A program made the translations under genes and the position numbers. A DNA stretch of 64,000 bases from a virus, in the IMG/VR virus record IMGVR_UViG_3300035670_000026, positions 32,001 through 96,000 of that record; one strand, 5' to 3'. This document shows positions 27,861 through 40,100 of this stretch, in pieces (position 1 is the stretch's first letter; every line of letters begins with the position of its first letter). The notes below the pieces were generated by a model. The model was not told the origin of the DNA. It saw only the letters and a list, made by a program, of their open reading frames with translations, and did no database searches.

Positions 27861-28505
27861 ATGCCAAATTTACCTATATCCCAATTACCCTCAGCATCCG
27901 CACTATCACCAGATAATGTATTTGCTGTTGTTCAAAATGGTACAACAAAACAATCTCCTTATAGTTTTATTTTGTATGCTCCTACAAATAACTACGGACT
28001 ATTTAATCAAACAAGCTCAAGCCCACCAGTAACAGGAGTTGCTCCTTTCTCAGGTAGTTTAATTGATGGGGGTATTGGAACATTATCTATCCCAGCTAAT
28101 GGATTTATTAAAGGAGATGCTTTTCAAGCTACTTTATCTGGAATAATAAGTGCTGAAAATAATAAAACTCTTGAAATTACTATTAAAGCAGGTAGTGCAA
28201 TTTTAACAGACACTGGAATTATTTCTATGCCTGGAATTAGTACTAAAAATTGGAGAATGGATATAGATTTTTCTATTAATGAAATAGGAGGAGCCGGAAC
28301 AGCAGAAGTATCTACAGCAGGAACTATTACTTTTAGAAAAGATGCATCTGGAGAAGTATTAACTGAAATTTTTAGTACAATTAATAATACAACTTTTGAT
28401 ACTACAACAACAAATACATTAGAAATTATTGCTGAATGGGGTAATTCTCCATCAGCTGCTAGTTCTATTTATACTCAAAACTTTACTTTATTAAAAGTTT
28501 ACTAA
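27861..28505 (+). CDS. hypothetical virion/fibre-associated protein
   Basis: N-terminal PISQLP..VVQNGTTK motif seen in fibre-type proteins; Thr/Ser/Gly rich. Confidence 0.6.
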   Translation: MPNLPISQLPSASALSPDNVFAVVQNGTTKQSPYSFILYAPTNNYGLFNQTSSSPPVTGVAPFSGSLIDGGIGTLSIPANGFIKGDAFQATLSGIISAENNKTLEITIKAGSAILTDTGIISMPGISTKNWRMDIDFSINEIGGAGTAEVSTAGTITFRKDASGEVLTEIFSTINNTTFDTTTTNTLEIIAEWGNSPSAASSIYTQNFTLLKVY

Positions 28506-28584
28506 TTTTTTAGTAGTTTTTTTACTTATAGGTATTTCTACTATATGTATAGTAGAATATAAAGTTTAACTAACGTTTTAAAAA

Positions 28585-29499
28585 ATGAAAGAGACCCCAA
28601 GTCAGTTACATCTACAAAGTTATGTGATGAATTTTCCCTTTACCTTATCAACCTCAGATCCAAATAATATTTGGATGCAGGAATTATCAGATGAGGAACT
28701 AGCTGTTAATAAACCTAAAGCATATAAACAATTTATGGATCTTTATAGCTTTATGGCCAGTAATTCTCTAACGTATTTGCTTCCATCAGAAGGAAACTAT
28801 CAGGATCAGGTGTATGTTGCTAATTTAGGTATTTATTTACCACATATAACCGATGAAAATCACATTATTTTATCTAACTTCACATCAGATCCTCGTAAAG
28901 GAGAAGAACTAGTAGGCGAAAAGTTTTTCACCCAAATGGGTTATAAAACGGCTATTTCTCCTTATAAATGGGAAGGTGAAGCTGACTTGAAATATCTTTA
29001 TGATAATGTTTACATTGGAGGTTATGGTATTCGTTCAAATATTAAAACATATGAGTGGATGGAAAAAAATTATGATATGAATATTATTAAGGTTGCTATG
29101 ACCGATGAATATTTGTATCATTTGGATTGTTCTATTTTTGCACTAAACCCAGAACAAACTTTAATATGTACTGAATTATTTGATCCTGAAGAAATAGCTG
29201 AAATTGAAAAACACACTGAAATTATTGATGTAGATATTGAAGATGCTTTAGGTGGAATGACAAATTCAGTTCGTATGGGTAATATGGTTTTATGTGCTTC
29301 TAATATTTCTGAGATGAAAAAAACTCACGAGTATTATGAAGGTGAAAAACATAAAATAGCTTCATTAGAAAAAATTTGTTCAGACGCTGGTATGGAACCT
29401 GTAATATTTAATCTTTCAGAATTTATGAAATCAGGTGCTATGTTAAGCTGTATGGTAATGCATTTAAACAGAATCGATCACAATAGAACCTTACTGTAA
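28585..29499 (+). CDS. amidinotransferase / DDAH-like (pentein) enzyme
   Basis: DQVYVAN, WEGEAD, YHLDC, C-terminal GAMLSCM with the catalytic Cys. Confidence 0.85.
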   Translation: MKETPSQLHLQSYVMNFPFTLSTSDPNNIWMQELSDEELAVNKPKAYKQFMDLYSFMASNSLTYLLPSEGNYQDQVYVANLGIYLPHITDENHIILSNFTSDPRKGEELVGEKFFTQMGYKTAISPYKWEGEADLKYLYDNVYIGGYGIRSNIKTYEWMEKNYDMNIIKVAMTDEYLYHLDCSIFALNPEQTLICTELFDPEEIAEIEKHTEIIDVDIEDALGGMTNSVRMGNMVLCASNISEMKKTHEYYEGEKHKIASLEKICSDAGMEPVIFNLSEFMKSGAMLSCMVMHLNRIDHNRTLL

Positions 29500-30245
29500 T
29501 GGCACAAACACTTCAAGATTGGCTAAACGGTGAGGTAAAACAATTACAAAAACTTCCCGTAGGCGAGTTATCTAATACATTTTTCTTTAGAGACCCAATT
29601 CGCCCAATGTATATTGACCATGAGCATTTTTATTCACCCGCTGATGGTACAATTTTGTATCAAAAATACGTTCAAGATCCTACTTCACCTATAATTGAAA
29701 TTAAAGGTATAGATTATACATTACAAGATGTATTAGGTGATGATGAATACAATAAACCATCGTTAGTTATCGGTATATTTATGTCATTTTACGACGTTCA
29801 CATCAACCGCATACCCTATGGTGGAATATTAAAATACAAACCACTAGACGTTATAGAATCAACCAACAAACCAATGTTAGCGGTTGAAAAAGATATTCTA
29901 AATAAAATTGTTAATCCTAACAATATGGAATATCTTAAACATAACGAGAGAATGTGGAATCAAATTTACTCACCCTCTTTAGATTACACTTATTACCTTG
30001 TTCAAATTGCAGATGAGGATGTAAATGTAATTGCTCACTTCACAAATTCACAAAACGATACATTTGCTCAAAATGAAAGATTTTCTTTAATAAGATGGGG
30101 GTCGCAAGTCGATCTAGTACTCCCGTTAGATGAACGATTCGATTTTGACCTTGTTTTAGATAACCACATGCATGTAAATGCTGGATTAGACAAACTAGTT
30201 AAAATTAATTTTAAAGACCATGAACCAACAAAATCACGAAGATGA
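29499..30245 (+). CDS. phosphatidylserine decarboxylase-like proenzyme
   Basis: FFFR, SPADG, IFMSFYDVHINRIP, WGSQ autocleavage motif. Confidence 0.85.
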   Translation: MAQTLQDWLNGEVKQLQKLPVGELSNTFFFRDPIRPMYIDHEHFYSPADGTILYQKYVQDPTSPIIEIKGIDYTLQDVLGDDEYNKPSLVIGIFMSFYDVHINRIPYGGILKYKPLDVIESTNKPMLAVEKDILNKIVNPNNMEYLKHNERMWNQIYSPSLDYTYYLVQIADEDVNVIAHFTNSQNDTFAQNERFSLIRWGSQVDLVLPLDERFDFDLVLDNHMHVNAGLDKLVKINFKDHEPTKSRR

Positions 30246-30954
30246 GATCTTCAAAGAAAAAAGAAAACCAAAAAATCCAATTAGATTTAAAATACAACTA
30301 AACGAAGAGCAAAAAGAAGCAAAAGCAAAAATTTTAGATAATACAGTTACATTGTTAGCTGGAGCAGCGGGTTCTGGTAAAACATTGTTAGCATGTCAAA
30401 TAGGTCTTGAAAGATTATTTATGAGAGAAGTTGACAAAGTAATTATTACTCGCCCAACTGTTTCAAAAGAAGAAATTGGATTTCTACCAGGTGATTTAAG
30501 AGAAAAAATGGATCCTTGGGTACAACCAATTTATCAAAACATGTATCTTCTTTATGATAAAGATAAAATAGAAAAACATATTCAAGCTGGTGATATAGAA
30601 ATTGTACCTGTATCATTTATGCGAGGAAGAACATTTGTAAATTCTATTGTAATTGTTGACGAGGCACAAAACGTTACACACGAACAAATGGAAATGATTG
30701 TAACTCGTATTGGTAAAGGATCTAAAATGATTATTTGTGGTGATGACCATCAAGTAGATTTAAAACAAAAACGTGATTCTGGATTTAAATTCTTATATAC
30801 GGCAGCTAAAAAAATTAAAGGATTAGCAGGTATTACTTTAAAACAAAATCACAGAGACGATATTGTAGAATCCTTAATTGATCTTTATAACGAAGAATAC
30901 GAATACAGACAAAACATAGGAACATCAGGTAGCTCAGGAAATTCTCGTAAATAG
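30220..30954 (+). CDS. phoH: PhoH-family ATPase
   Basis: GAAGSGKT, IGFLPG, MRGRTF, DEAQN, TRIG. Confidence 0.95.
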   Translation: MNQQNHEDEIFKEKRKPKNPIRFKIQLNEEQKEAKAKILDNTVTLLAGAAGSGKTLLACQIGLERLFMREVDKVIITRPTVSKEEIGFLPGDLREKMDPWVQPIYQNMYLLYDKDKIEKHIQAGDIEIVPVSFMRGRTFVNSIVIVDEAQNVTHEQMEMIVTRIGKGSKMIICGDDHQVDLKQKRDSGFKFLYTAAKKIKGLAGITLKQNHRDDIVESLIDLYNEEYEYRQNIGTSGSSGNSRK

Positions 30955-30995
30955 TAAGGAACCCTAGCTTTTTAATATTTATATCCAAAAAGCGA

Positions 30996-31421
30996 ATGGC
31001 AACTCTTACTACACAAATTTACGAAATTTTAACGCTTGATGGAAACGATGTTGGATCATCCCAAATCCAAACTATTAACGGCATAAACTATGTAGATAAT
31101 AGAGTTTTAAGCGTACCTACAGGGTCGGTAACTACTATATTTTCAATGGATGCTACTCCAGGTGCTGGTACTTTTGTAACCAGCAGTATTAAATACATTA
31201 GAGTATCTAATATTAGTACAGTTAATGCCCCAATTCAACTTGTTGTATCCTCTTCAACTGAAGCAATGAGCTATTTTGTAACAACAGGTAGTTCATATAT
31301 GTTATCAACAAGTAAAATGACAGGTAGTGTAGGAGGATTATTATTTGACGATATTAAATCAGTTAAAGTTGAACCTTCTGGTAGTGCAGCAACTTTAGAA
31401 TATTATATAGCAACAACTTAA
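30996..31421 (+). CDS. hypothetical virion protein
   Basis: Late motif at 30975; several TGS/SGS motifs. Confidence 0.7.
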   Translation: MATLTTQIYEILTLDGNDVGSSQIQTINGINYVDNRVLSVPTGSVTTIFSMDATPGAGTFVTSSIKYIRVSNISTVNAPIQLVVSSSTEAMSYFVTTGSSYMLSTSKMTGSVGGLLFDDIKSVKVEPSGSAATLEYYIATT

Positions 31422-31427
31422 TAAATT

Positions 31428-32660
31428 ATGGCATCTACAGTAATTCCAATTTGGCCCGGTTCAGCATCTTTTGCTCAAGTATCTGCTTCTTATTATGGAA
31501 CAGGTACGTGGCCACCTCCTACTCCATTTGGGTTTTATGATAGCGATCCTGAATTTAAAACCGATGCCAATAAAGTATCTAATTTTTGTGCTTTACACTT
31601 AGGTTATCCTATTGAAAATGTAGAATTACAAGAAATTAACTTCTTTGCTGCTTTTGAAGAAGCAGTAACTGTATATGGAAACGAATTATATGCTTTTCAA
31701 TTAAGAGATAACTACTTATCTTTAGAAGGAGCTTCTGATAGAATTGATGTTAATAATTCAATTTTCACTCCTTCAATGGATACTATTGTTAGATTGTCTC
31801 AACAGTATGGTGAAGAAGCAGGAGTTGGTGGTAATGTAACTTGGTATAAAGGCCAATTAACTTTAGTCCCCGGTCAACAAAGATACGATTTAACTAAATG
31901 GGCTGAAGATTTAGGAATTACAGGTGGTATTGAAATTAAAAACGTTTGGTATCAACCACCCCCTGCTGTTTCTCAAATGTATTCTTCTTATTTAATAGGA
32001 CAAGGAGGACTAGGAGGGGTACCAGCAGCAGGTATGTTTGGACTTGGTATGGGTGGATATGCGGGGTATTTAATGATGCCTACAAGTTTTGCTATGCAAA
32101 ATATTCAAGCTATTGAAATGCAAAACCAGGTAATGCTTTCAAATTATACCTTTAATGTTATAAACAATATATTATCTGTATTTCCAATTCCCGGAACTGG
32201 TGATTTTGAATGGGGTATAGATGATGATGGTGGATTAGGATATGGACATTATTTAGTATTTGACTTTATTAAAATCCAAGATAGAATTGATGCTTCTTTT
32301 GCTGACGGTACTAATAAAATTACCAATACCTCAGATGCTCCTTATTTAAATCCTACTTATGCTAAAATTAATTCAATAGGTAGAAGTTGGATTTTCGAAT
32401 ATACTTTAGCTAAAGCTAAAGAAATGTTAGGTTTAACTCGTAACAAATATTCTCAAATACCAATCCCTGGAGCTGAAGTAACTTTAAATGGTGATTCGTT
32501 AGCTACGCAAGGTATTGATGAACAAGAAAAATTAATTACAAGATTAAGAGAATATTTTGATCAAACTTCTCGCCAAGCTTTACTTGAAAGAAGACAAGCA
32601 GAATCAGTAGCTCGAGTAGCTGAAATTAGTCAAGTACCAATGACAATTTTTATAGGATAA
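31428..32660 (+). CDS. neck protein (T4 gp13-like)
   Basis: LGYPIENVEL; WIFEYTLAKAKEMLG..RNKY..IPG..VTLNG. Confidence 0.85.
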   Translation: MASTVIPIWPGSASFAQVSASYYGTGTWPPPTPFGFYDSDPEFKTDANKVSNFCALHLGYPIENVELQEINFFAAFEEAVTVYGNELYAFQLRDNYLSLEGASDRIDVNNSIFTPSMDTIVRLSQQYGEEAGVGGNVTWYKGQLTLVPGQQRYDLTKWAEDLGITGGIEIKNVWYQPPPAVSQMYSSYLIGQGGLGGVPAAGMFGLGMGGYAGYLMMPTSFAMQNIQAIEMQNQVMLSNYTFNVINNILSVFPIPGTGDFEWGIDDDGGLGYGHYLVFDFIKIQDRIDASFADGTNKITNTSDAPYLNPTYAKINSIGRSWIFEYTLAKAKEMLGLTRNKYSQIPIPGAEVTLNGDSLATQGIDEQEKLITRLREYFDQTSRQALLERRQAESVARVAEISQVPMTIFIG

Positions 32661-32661
32661 T

Positions 32662-33183
32662 ATGGCACTATATGGACAAATGAGAGATATTAGTATGTTT
32701 CGATTCATTAATCGTGAATTGATGCAAAATATTATTTCTCAACAAGTAGTATTTTACAAATACAATGTTACTACAACTAAAGTAAACATGTATGGTGAAT
32801 CTGTTGAAGGTAGAAATTTTGCAGATCCGGTAATATTATTTGCTTTAATTGAAACAACAAATTTTGAATATCCTGTAAGTGATTTTGGTGCTGATTTTAA
32901 TTGGCAGGTAACTTACAAATTTTTACGAGATGATTTAGTTGATGCTAATGTTTACCCAGAAATAGGAGATGTAGTTATGTTCCAAAATGGCTACTGGGAA
33001 ATAGATAATGTAAATACAACTCAATTCTTTGTTGGTAAAGATCCAGAATACCCGTATTTAGATGCAGCAGGAGATAACCCATATGAAGAGGATTTAGGAC
33101 AATTTGGATATAGTGTATCCGTAATTTGCACTTGTCACTATGTTCCTTCAGATAGAATTAATATTGAATTATCACGACTATAA
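32662..33183 (+). CDS. neck/head closure protein (T4 gp14-like)
   Basis: NMYGES, PEIGDV; synteny after gp13. Confidence 0.7.
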   Translation: MALYGQMRDISMFRFINRELMQNIISQQVVFYKYNVTTTKVNMYGESVEGRNFADPVILFALIETTNFEYPVSDFGADFNWQVTYKFLRDDLVDANVYPEIGDVVMFQNGYWEIDNVNTTQFFVGKDPEYPYLDAAGDNPYEEDLGQFGYSVSVICTCHYVPSDRINIELSRL

Positions 33184-34136
33184 TGGCTCAAAATAGACTA
33201 AATAAACCAACGCCAAAAACACAACGTGAGATAAGTGTAGAACAACACAAATCAACGTATTCACCCTCGGGTAATCCTAATTATGCGGATCCTGATGTTC
33301 CTGGTATTAATCGTGCATTACAAACATCATTTAAGGGGGATAATGTAAAACCTTTTAGTGTTGGTATTAAAGATATTGATGAAGCTGTATATTACTACTT
33401 TGAAAATGTAATCCAACCCTCAGTAATACAAAATGGATCTCGTTTACCTGTTCCTATTATATATGGTTCTCCTGAAAAATGGAAATCATACCAAAAAGAC
33501 GGGTATTACAGAGACCAAAAAGGTAAAATTATGGCTCCTTTGATTATGTTTAAAAGAGAGTCAATGGAAAAAAATAGGACTATTGGTAATAAATTAGATG
33601 CTAATAATCCTCATAACTATGGAGTTTCTCAGAAAAAATATGATGCTAGAAATTCATATGATAACTTTAAAGTATTAACTAATAGAATTCCTGAAAAGCA
33701 ATTTTATGCTACAGTAATTCCTGATTATGTAACTATAACTTATAGTTGTGCGATATTTACGTATTATGTAGAACAACTAAATAAAATAGTTGAATCTATT
33801 GAATATGCTTCTGATGCTTATTGGGGTGATCCTCAAAGATATAAATTTAAAACAATGATTGATTCGTTTGGTTTTCAAACAGAATTAACTCAAAATGATG
33901 AACGTATTGTAAGAAGTACATTTACTATAAGATTAAATGGATACATAGTACCTGAAATATTACAAAAAGATTTGAACTCAATTAAAAAATTCTCTGATAA
34001 AACTAAAATTATATTTTCAATTGAAGCTTCTTCAATAGATGCTCTATATACTGGCCAAGAAAATGCTAATGGAACAATTACAACCCCAGAAACAATTAAA
34101 GCACTAGAAATTAAGAAAAAAGTGAACGCAATATAA
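33183..34136 (+). CDS. tail terminator / sheath stabiliser (T4 gp15-like)
   Basis: VPIIYGSPEKW, PDYVTITY; synteny. Confidence 0.7.
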   Translation: MAQNRLNKPTPKTQREISVEQHKSTYSPSGNPNYADPDVPGINRALQTSFKGDNVKPFSVGIKDIDEAVYYYFENVIQPSVIQNGSRLPVPIIYGSPEKWKSYQKDGYYRDQKGKIMAPLIMFKRESMEKNRTIGNKLDANNPHNYGVSQKKYDARNSYDNFKVLTNRIPEKQFYATVIPDYVTITYSCAIFTYYVEQLNKIVESIEYASDAYWGDPQRYKFKTMIDSFGFQTELTQNDERIVRSTFTIRLNGYIVPEILQKDLNSIKKFSDKTKIIFSIEASSIDALYTGQENANGTITTPETIKALEIKKKVNAI

Positions 34137-34170
34137 TCTTACCATATTTATATGAGATAAATCCTAAAGA

Positions 34171-37100
34171 ATGGCTCAAGTAAGATTCCTAGACCAAGTT
34201 CCAGTTGGCGTATATAATGTAGATCCTACGGGTACCGGTGCTGGTACCATTGATATATACCAAAATGGTACACTAGTAAGCGCTAGTGTTCCATATATTA
34301 ATATCAGCGGTTCAGCTGAGGTTTTAGGATTTGCACCATTCGGTACAAATAATGGTGTTACAATATACGTTTCTGGAGTAGGATTTCCATTTTCAGGTTC
34401 AGCCGAAATTACAGGATCTTTAGTAATCTCAGGTTCTGAGACTTATCCTATTATAATTCAAACCCTTCCGGTTCAAGATATTGAGTACGTAGTAACGTAC
34501 AACCCAATAACAGGTACTTTAGGATATGTAAATGCTACTTCTGGAACAAGCGGTATTTCAGGAACATCAGGAGCTTCAGGACAATCAGGCACTTCAGGAA
34601 CAAGTGGTACAGCAGGTACTACAGGAACTGCGGGTAACTCAGGTAATTCTCAAACTTCAGGTACAAGCGGTACCTCAGGTACAAATGGTTCAAGTGGTAC
34701 AGAAGGTATCTCAGGAATAAGTGCAACTTCTGGCACTAGTGGTACTAGTGGTTCAACAGGTACTTCAGGAAATAGTGAAAATTCAGGAACTAGTGGAACG
34801 AGTGGTACAAGTGGTACTAATGGTTCTGCTGGTACTTCTGGTATAAGTGAAAATAGTGGTACTTCAGGTACTTCCGGTACAAGTGGAACTAATGGTTCAT
34901 TAGGTACATCAGGAGAAAGCCAAACATCAGGTACTTCAGGTACTTCTGGGACAGCAGGTTCTTCAGGAACTGCGGGTGAATCAGGAAATAGTAAAACATC
35001 AGGAACTAGCGGTACTAGCGGTACTAGCGGTACTAGCGGTACTAGTGGTACAAGTGGTACAAACGGTAGCGCAGGTACAGCTGGTATAAGTGAAACCTCA
35101 GGTACAAGTGGTACCTCAGGAACAAGCGGTACAAATGGTTCTTCAGGAACTGCGGGTGAATCAAGCATAAGTGAAACTTCAGGCACTTCAGGCACTTCAG
35201 GTACCTCAGGAACAGCAGGTTCATCTGGAACCGCTGGTGAATCAGGTATAAGTGAAACCTCAGGTACAAGTGGTACTTCAGGTACTAATGGTAGTGCAGG
35301 TACAGCAGGTGCTTCACAAACAAGTGGTACAAGTGGTACTTCAGGTACCTCAGGTACAAATGGTAGTTCAGGTACTTCAGGAGAAAGTAATGTAAGTGGT
35401 ACTTCAGGAACATCTGGAACCTCAGGTAGTACTGGTACTTCTGGTACTTCAGGTAATGATGGTACTTCTGGCATATCTAGTACTTCAGGTACTAGTGGAA
35501 CTTCAGGTACTAGTGGTACAAGTGGTACAACAGGTACTGCTGGTTTAGATGGATTTGATGGTGTAAGTGGTGCTAGTGGTTCTTCAGGTTCTTCAGGTAC
35601 TAGTGGAACTTCAGGTTCTGTAGGTACAGCAGGTACTTCAGGAGTATCACAAACAGCAGGTACATCTGGTACTTCAGGTACATCTGGTACCAATGGTACA
35701 GCCGGTACATCAGGAAATAGTCAAACTTCAGGTACAAGCGGAACATCAGGTTCTTCAGGTACTTCTGGAGAAGATGGTACAAGTGGTACATCTGGTATTT
35801 CAGCTACAAGTGGAACTTCAGGTACCAACGGTTCAAACGGTACAGCAGGAGCTGCTGGACAATCAGGAGCAAGCGCTACTTCAGGTACTAGTGGAACTTC
35901 AGGTAGTACAGGTACTTCAGGGTTAAGTGGAAATTCAGATTCTTCAGGTACTAGTGGTACATCAGGTACTTCTGGTACATCTGGTACTGCAGGTTCTGCT
36001 GGTACTGCAGGTACAGCAGGAAATAGTGAAACAGCAGGTACATCAGGTACTTCAGGTACAAGCGGAACTAACGGTTCAGCTGGTACATCAGGTAATAGTG
36101 AAACCTCAGGTACTTCAGGAACTAGTGGTACTTCAGGAACAAATGGTTCTGCAGGTACAGCAGGTGCTACTGGACAGTCAGGTGCAAGTGCAACAAGTGG
36201 TACATCAGGAACTAGCGGTTCTACAGGTACTTCTGGTTTAAGTGGAAATAGTGAAACCTCTGGTACAAGTGGTACATCAGGTACTTCTGGTACGAGTGGT
36301 ACAACAGGTTCATCAGGAACCGCTGGTGAGTCAGGTACTAGTGAAACCTCAGGTACTAGCGGTACTAGTGGTACTAGCGGAACAAATGGTTCTTCTGGTA
36401 CAGCTGGTATTTCTGGTAATAGTGAAACTTCAGGTACATCTGGTACTTCAGGTACAAGTGGAACCAACGGTTCAGCAGGTACAGCTGGAGTTGCAGGTCA
36501 ATCAGGTGCAAGCGCTACTTCAGGTACAAGTGGAACAAGTGGTTCTACAGGTACATCAGGTTTAGCAGGAGTTAGTGAAACTTCAGGCACTTCGGGTACA
36601 AGTGGAACTTCAGGTACATCAGGAACAACAGGTTCATCTGGAACAGTTGGTGAATCAGGTACAAGTGGCACTTCAGGTACTTCAGGTACTTCAGGCACTT
36701 CAGGCACTTCAGGCACTTCAGGTACAAACGGTTCATCAGGAACATCAGGCGAATCAGGTACTAGTGCAACTTCAGGTACATCAGGTACAAGCGGAACTAA
36801 TGGTTCATCAGGAACTGCCGGAGCTGCAGGTCAATCAGGTGCAAGTGCAACTAGTGGTACCTCAGGTACTTCAGGTAGTACTGGTACTTCAGGTTTAGCA
36901 GGCGAAAGCAAAACATCAGGTACATCAGGTACTTCAGGTACTTCAGGTACAAACGGTTCATCAGGAACAGCAGGCGAATCAGGAAATAGTGAAACTTCTG
37001 GTACAAGTGGTACTAGTGGTACTAGTGGTACTAGTGGTACAAACGGTTCTTCAGGAACGGCAGGTGCTTCTGGTAATAGTGAAACATCAGGAACAAGTGG

Positions 37101-40100
37101 CACTTCAGGTACTTCAGGTACTAATGGTAGTACGGGTACAGCAGGTGCTGCTGGTCAGTCAGGTGCTAGTGCAACCTCAGGTACAAGTGGAACAAGTGGT
37201 TCTACAGGTACATCAGGTTTAGCAGGTGAAAGTAAAACTTCAGGTACAAGTGGAACTAGCGGTACTAATGGTAGCGCTGGAACAGCCGGTGCTTCTCAAA
37301 CAAGTGGTACTAGCGGTACATCAGGTACTAATGGTAGTGTAGGTACAGCTGGAGTTGCAGGTATTTCTGAAACAAGTGGTACTTCTGGTACAAGCGGTAC
37401 TAATGGTAGTGCTGGAACAACCGGTACTTCTCAAACAAGCGGAACTTCAGGTACTAGTGGTACTAACGGTTCAGCAGGTACTGCTGGAGCCGCTGGACAA
37501 TCAGGAGCTAGTGCAACAAGTGGTACAAGCGGAACAAGTGGTTCTACAGGTACTTCAGGATTAAGTAGCGACTCAGGTTCTGCAGGTACAAGTGGTACTA
37601 GTGGTACTTCCGGAACGAGCGGAACAAATGGTTCTTCTGGTACAGCAGGTGCTTCGGGCAATTCAAGAACTTCAGGAACTAGTGGTACAAGCGGTACAAA
37701 TGGTAGCGCAGGTACTTCTGGTATAAGTGATATATCAGGTACAAGTGGTACTTCAGGCACTTCAGGTACTTCAGGAACAAATGGTTCAAATGGTACAGCA
37801 GGTGCTGCTGGACAATCAGGAGCTAGTGCAACAAGTGGCACTTCAGGCACTTCAGGTTCTACAGGTACTTCAGGATTAGCAGGTGAAAGCAAAACATCAG
37901 GTACTAGCGGTACTTCAGGTACAAATGGTAGTGCAGGTACAGCAGGCGCTTCACAAACAAGTGGAACTTCTGGTACAAGCGGTACAAACGGTAGCGCAGG
38001 TACAGCAGGTGCTGCTGGATTAAGCAGAACATCAGGTACCTCAGGTACAAGCGGAACTAACGGTTCAGCAGGTACTGCCGGTAACTCAGGAAATAGTCAA
38101 ACTTCAGGTACAAGCGGTACCTCAGGAACAAATGGTAGCACGGGTACAGCCGGAGCTGCAGGACAATCAGGTGCAAGTGCTACAAGTGGTACTAGTGGTA
38201 CCTCAGGTAGTACAGGTACTTCAGGTTTAGCAGGCGCTTCTCAAACATCAGGTACAAGTGGTACTTCTGGTACTTCTGGTACTTCAGGCACAAATGGTAG
38301 CGTTGGAACAGCAGGCATTTCAGGTGATAGTAAAACATCAGGTACAAGTGGTACAAGCGGTACTAATGGTTCATCAGGTACTAACGGTAACGCAGGTGTT
38401 TCAGGTTTAAGTTCAACTTCAGGCACTAGCGGAACTTCAGGTTCATCAGGTACCTCAGGTTTAGCACGTACATCAGGTACTAGTTCAACAAGTGGAACTA
38501 GTGGTACAAGTGGAACAAATGGTTCTTCTGGTACAGCAGGTGCTTCAGGAAATAGTCAAACATCTGGAACTTCAGGTACTAGCGGTACAACAGGCAGTGC
38601 AGGTACAGCAGGCCAATCAGGTAATTCTCAAACAAGTGGCACCTCAGGTACAAGCGGTACAAGTGGAACAAATGGTTCTTCTGGTACAGCAGGTGCTGCT
38701 GGATTAAGTAGAACATCCGGTACAAGTGGTACTAGCGGAACTAATGGTTCAAATGGCACTTCAGGAAATGCAGGTACAGCAGGTGCAAGTGCGACTTCAG
38801 GTACAAGTGGTACAAGCGGTACTAATGGTTCATCAGGTACTAACGGTAACGCAGGTGTTTCAGGATTAAGTTCAACTTCAGGCACTAGTGGCACTTCAGG
38901 TTCATCAGGTACCTCAGGTTTAGCCCAAAATTCAGGAACATCAGGCACAAGTGGTACTAGCGGAACAAATGGCTCTGCAGGTACAAACGGTGCCTCAGGA
39001 AATAGTAGAACTTCTGGTACTAGTGGTACTAGTGGTACAGCTGGTACCTCAGGTACAGCAGGAGCTTCAGGAAATAGTCAAACATCAGGTACTAGTGGTA
39101 CAAGTGGCACAGCAGGTTCTGCTGGTACTGCAGGTACAGCAGGTGCTTCAGGTGATAGTAAAACATCAGGTACTAGCGGTACATCAGGAACTAATGGTTC
39201 AGCAGGTACAGCAGGAGCTGCTGGATTAAGTCAGACATCAGGTACTAGTGGTACTAGCGGAACTAATGGCTCAACAGGTACAGCGGGAGTTTCAGGTAAT
39301 AGTAGAACAGCGGGTACATCCGGTACAAGCGGTACAAGTGGTACTAACGGTTCAAACGGAACTTCAGGTAATGCAGGTGTTTCAGGATTAAGCTCTACAA
39401 GTGGCACTTCAGGAACAAGTGGTTCAAGTGGTACTTCAGGTTTAGCTCAAACAGCTGGTTCAAGTTCAGCTTCTCAAACAAGCGGCACCTCAGGTACTAG
39501 TGGTACATCAGGAGCTACTCAAACAGCAGGTTCAAGTTCATCATCACAAACTAGTGGTACAAGCGGTACTTCAGGAACTAATGGTTCATCAGGTACGGCA
39601 GGTGCATCCGGTAATAGTAGAACATCAGGAACATCAGGAACTAGCGGAACAAACGGTTCAGCTGGTACAGCAGGTTCTTCACAAACTTCTGGCACTTCAG
39701 GTACAAGCGGTACAGCTGGTTCAAATGGTACAGCCGGTGTAGCAGGTGCTTCTCAAACAAGTGGTACAAGCGGTACAAGTGGTACAAACGGTAGTGCTGG
39801 TACAGCAGGTGCTTCTGGATTAAGTAGAACATCAGGCACAAGTGGTACTTCAGGTACAAACGGTTCATCAGGTACTAATGGAAACGCAGGTGTTTCAGGA
39901 TTAAGCTCTACAAGTGGCACTTCAGGCACTTCAGGTTCATCAGGTACTTCAGGTTTAGCCCAAAATTCAGGCACTTCAGGTACTTCAGGTACAAGCGGAA
40001 CAAATGGTTCATCTGGTACAAATGGTGCTGCTGGAAACAGCAGAACTTCAGGAACAAGTGGTACTAGCGGTACAGCAGGTTCTGCAGGTACAAATGGTAC

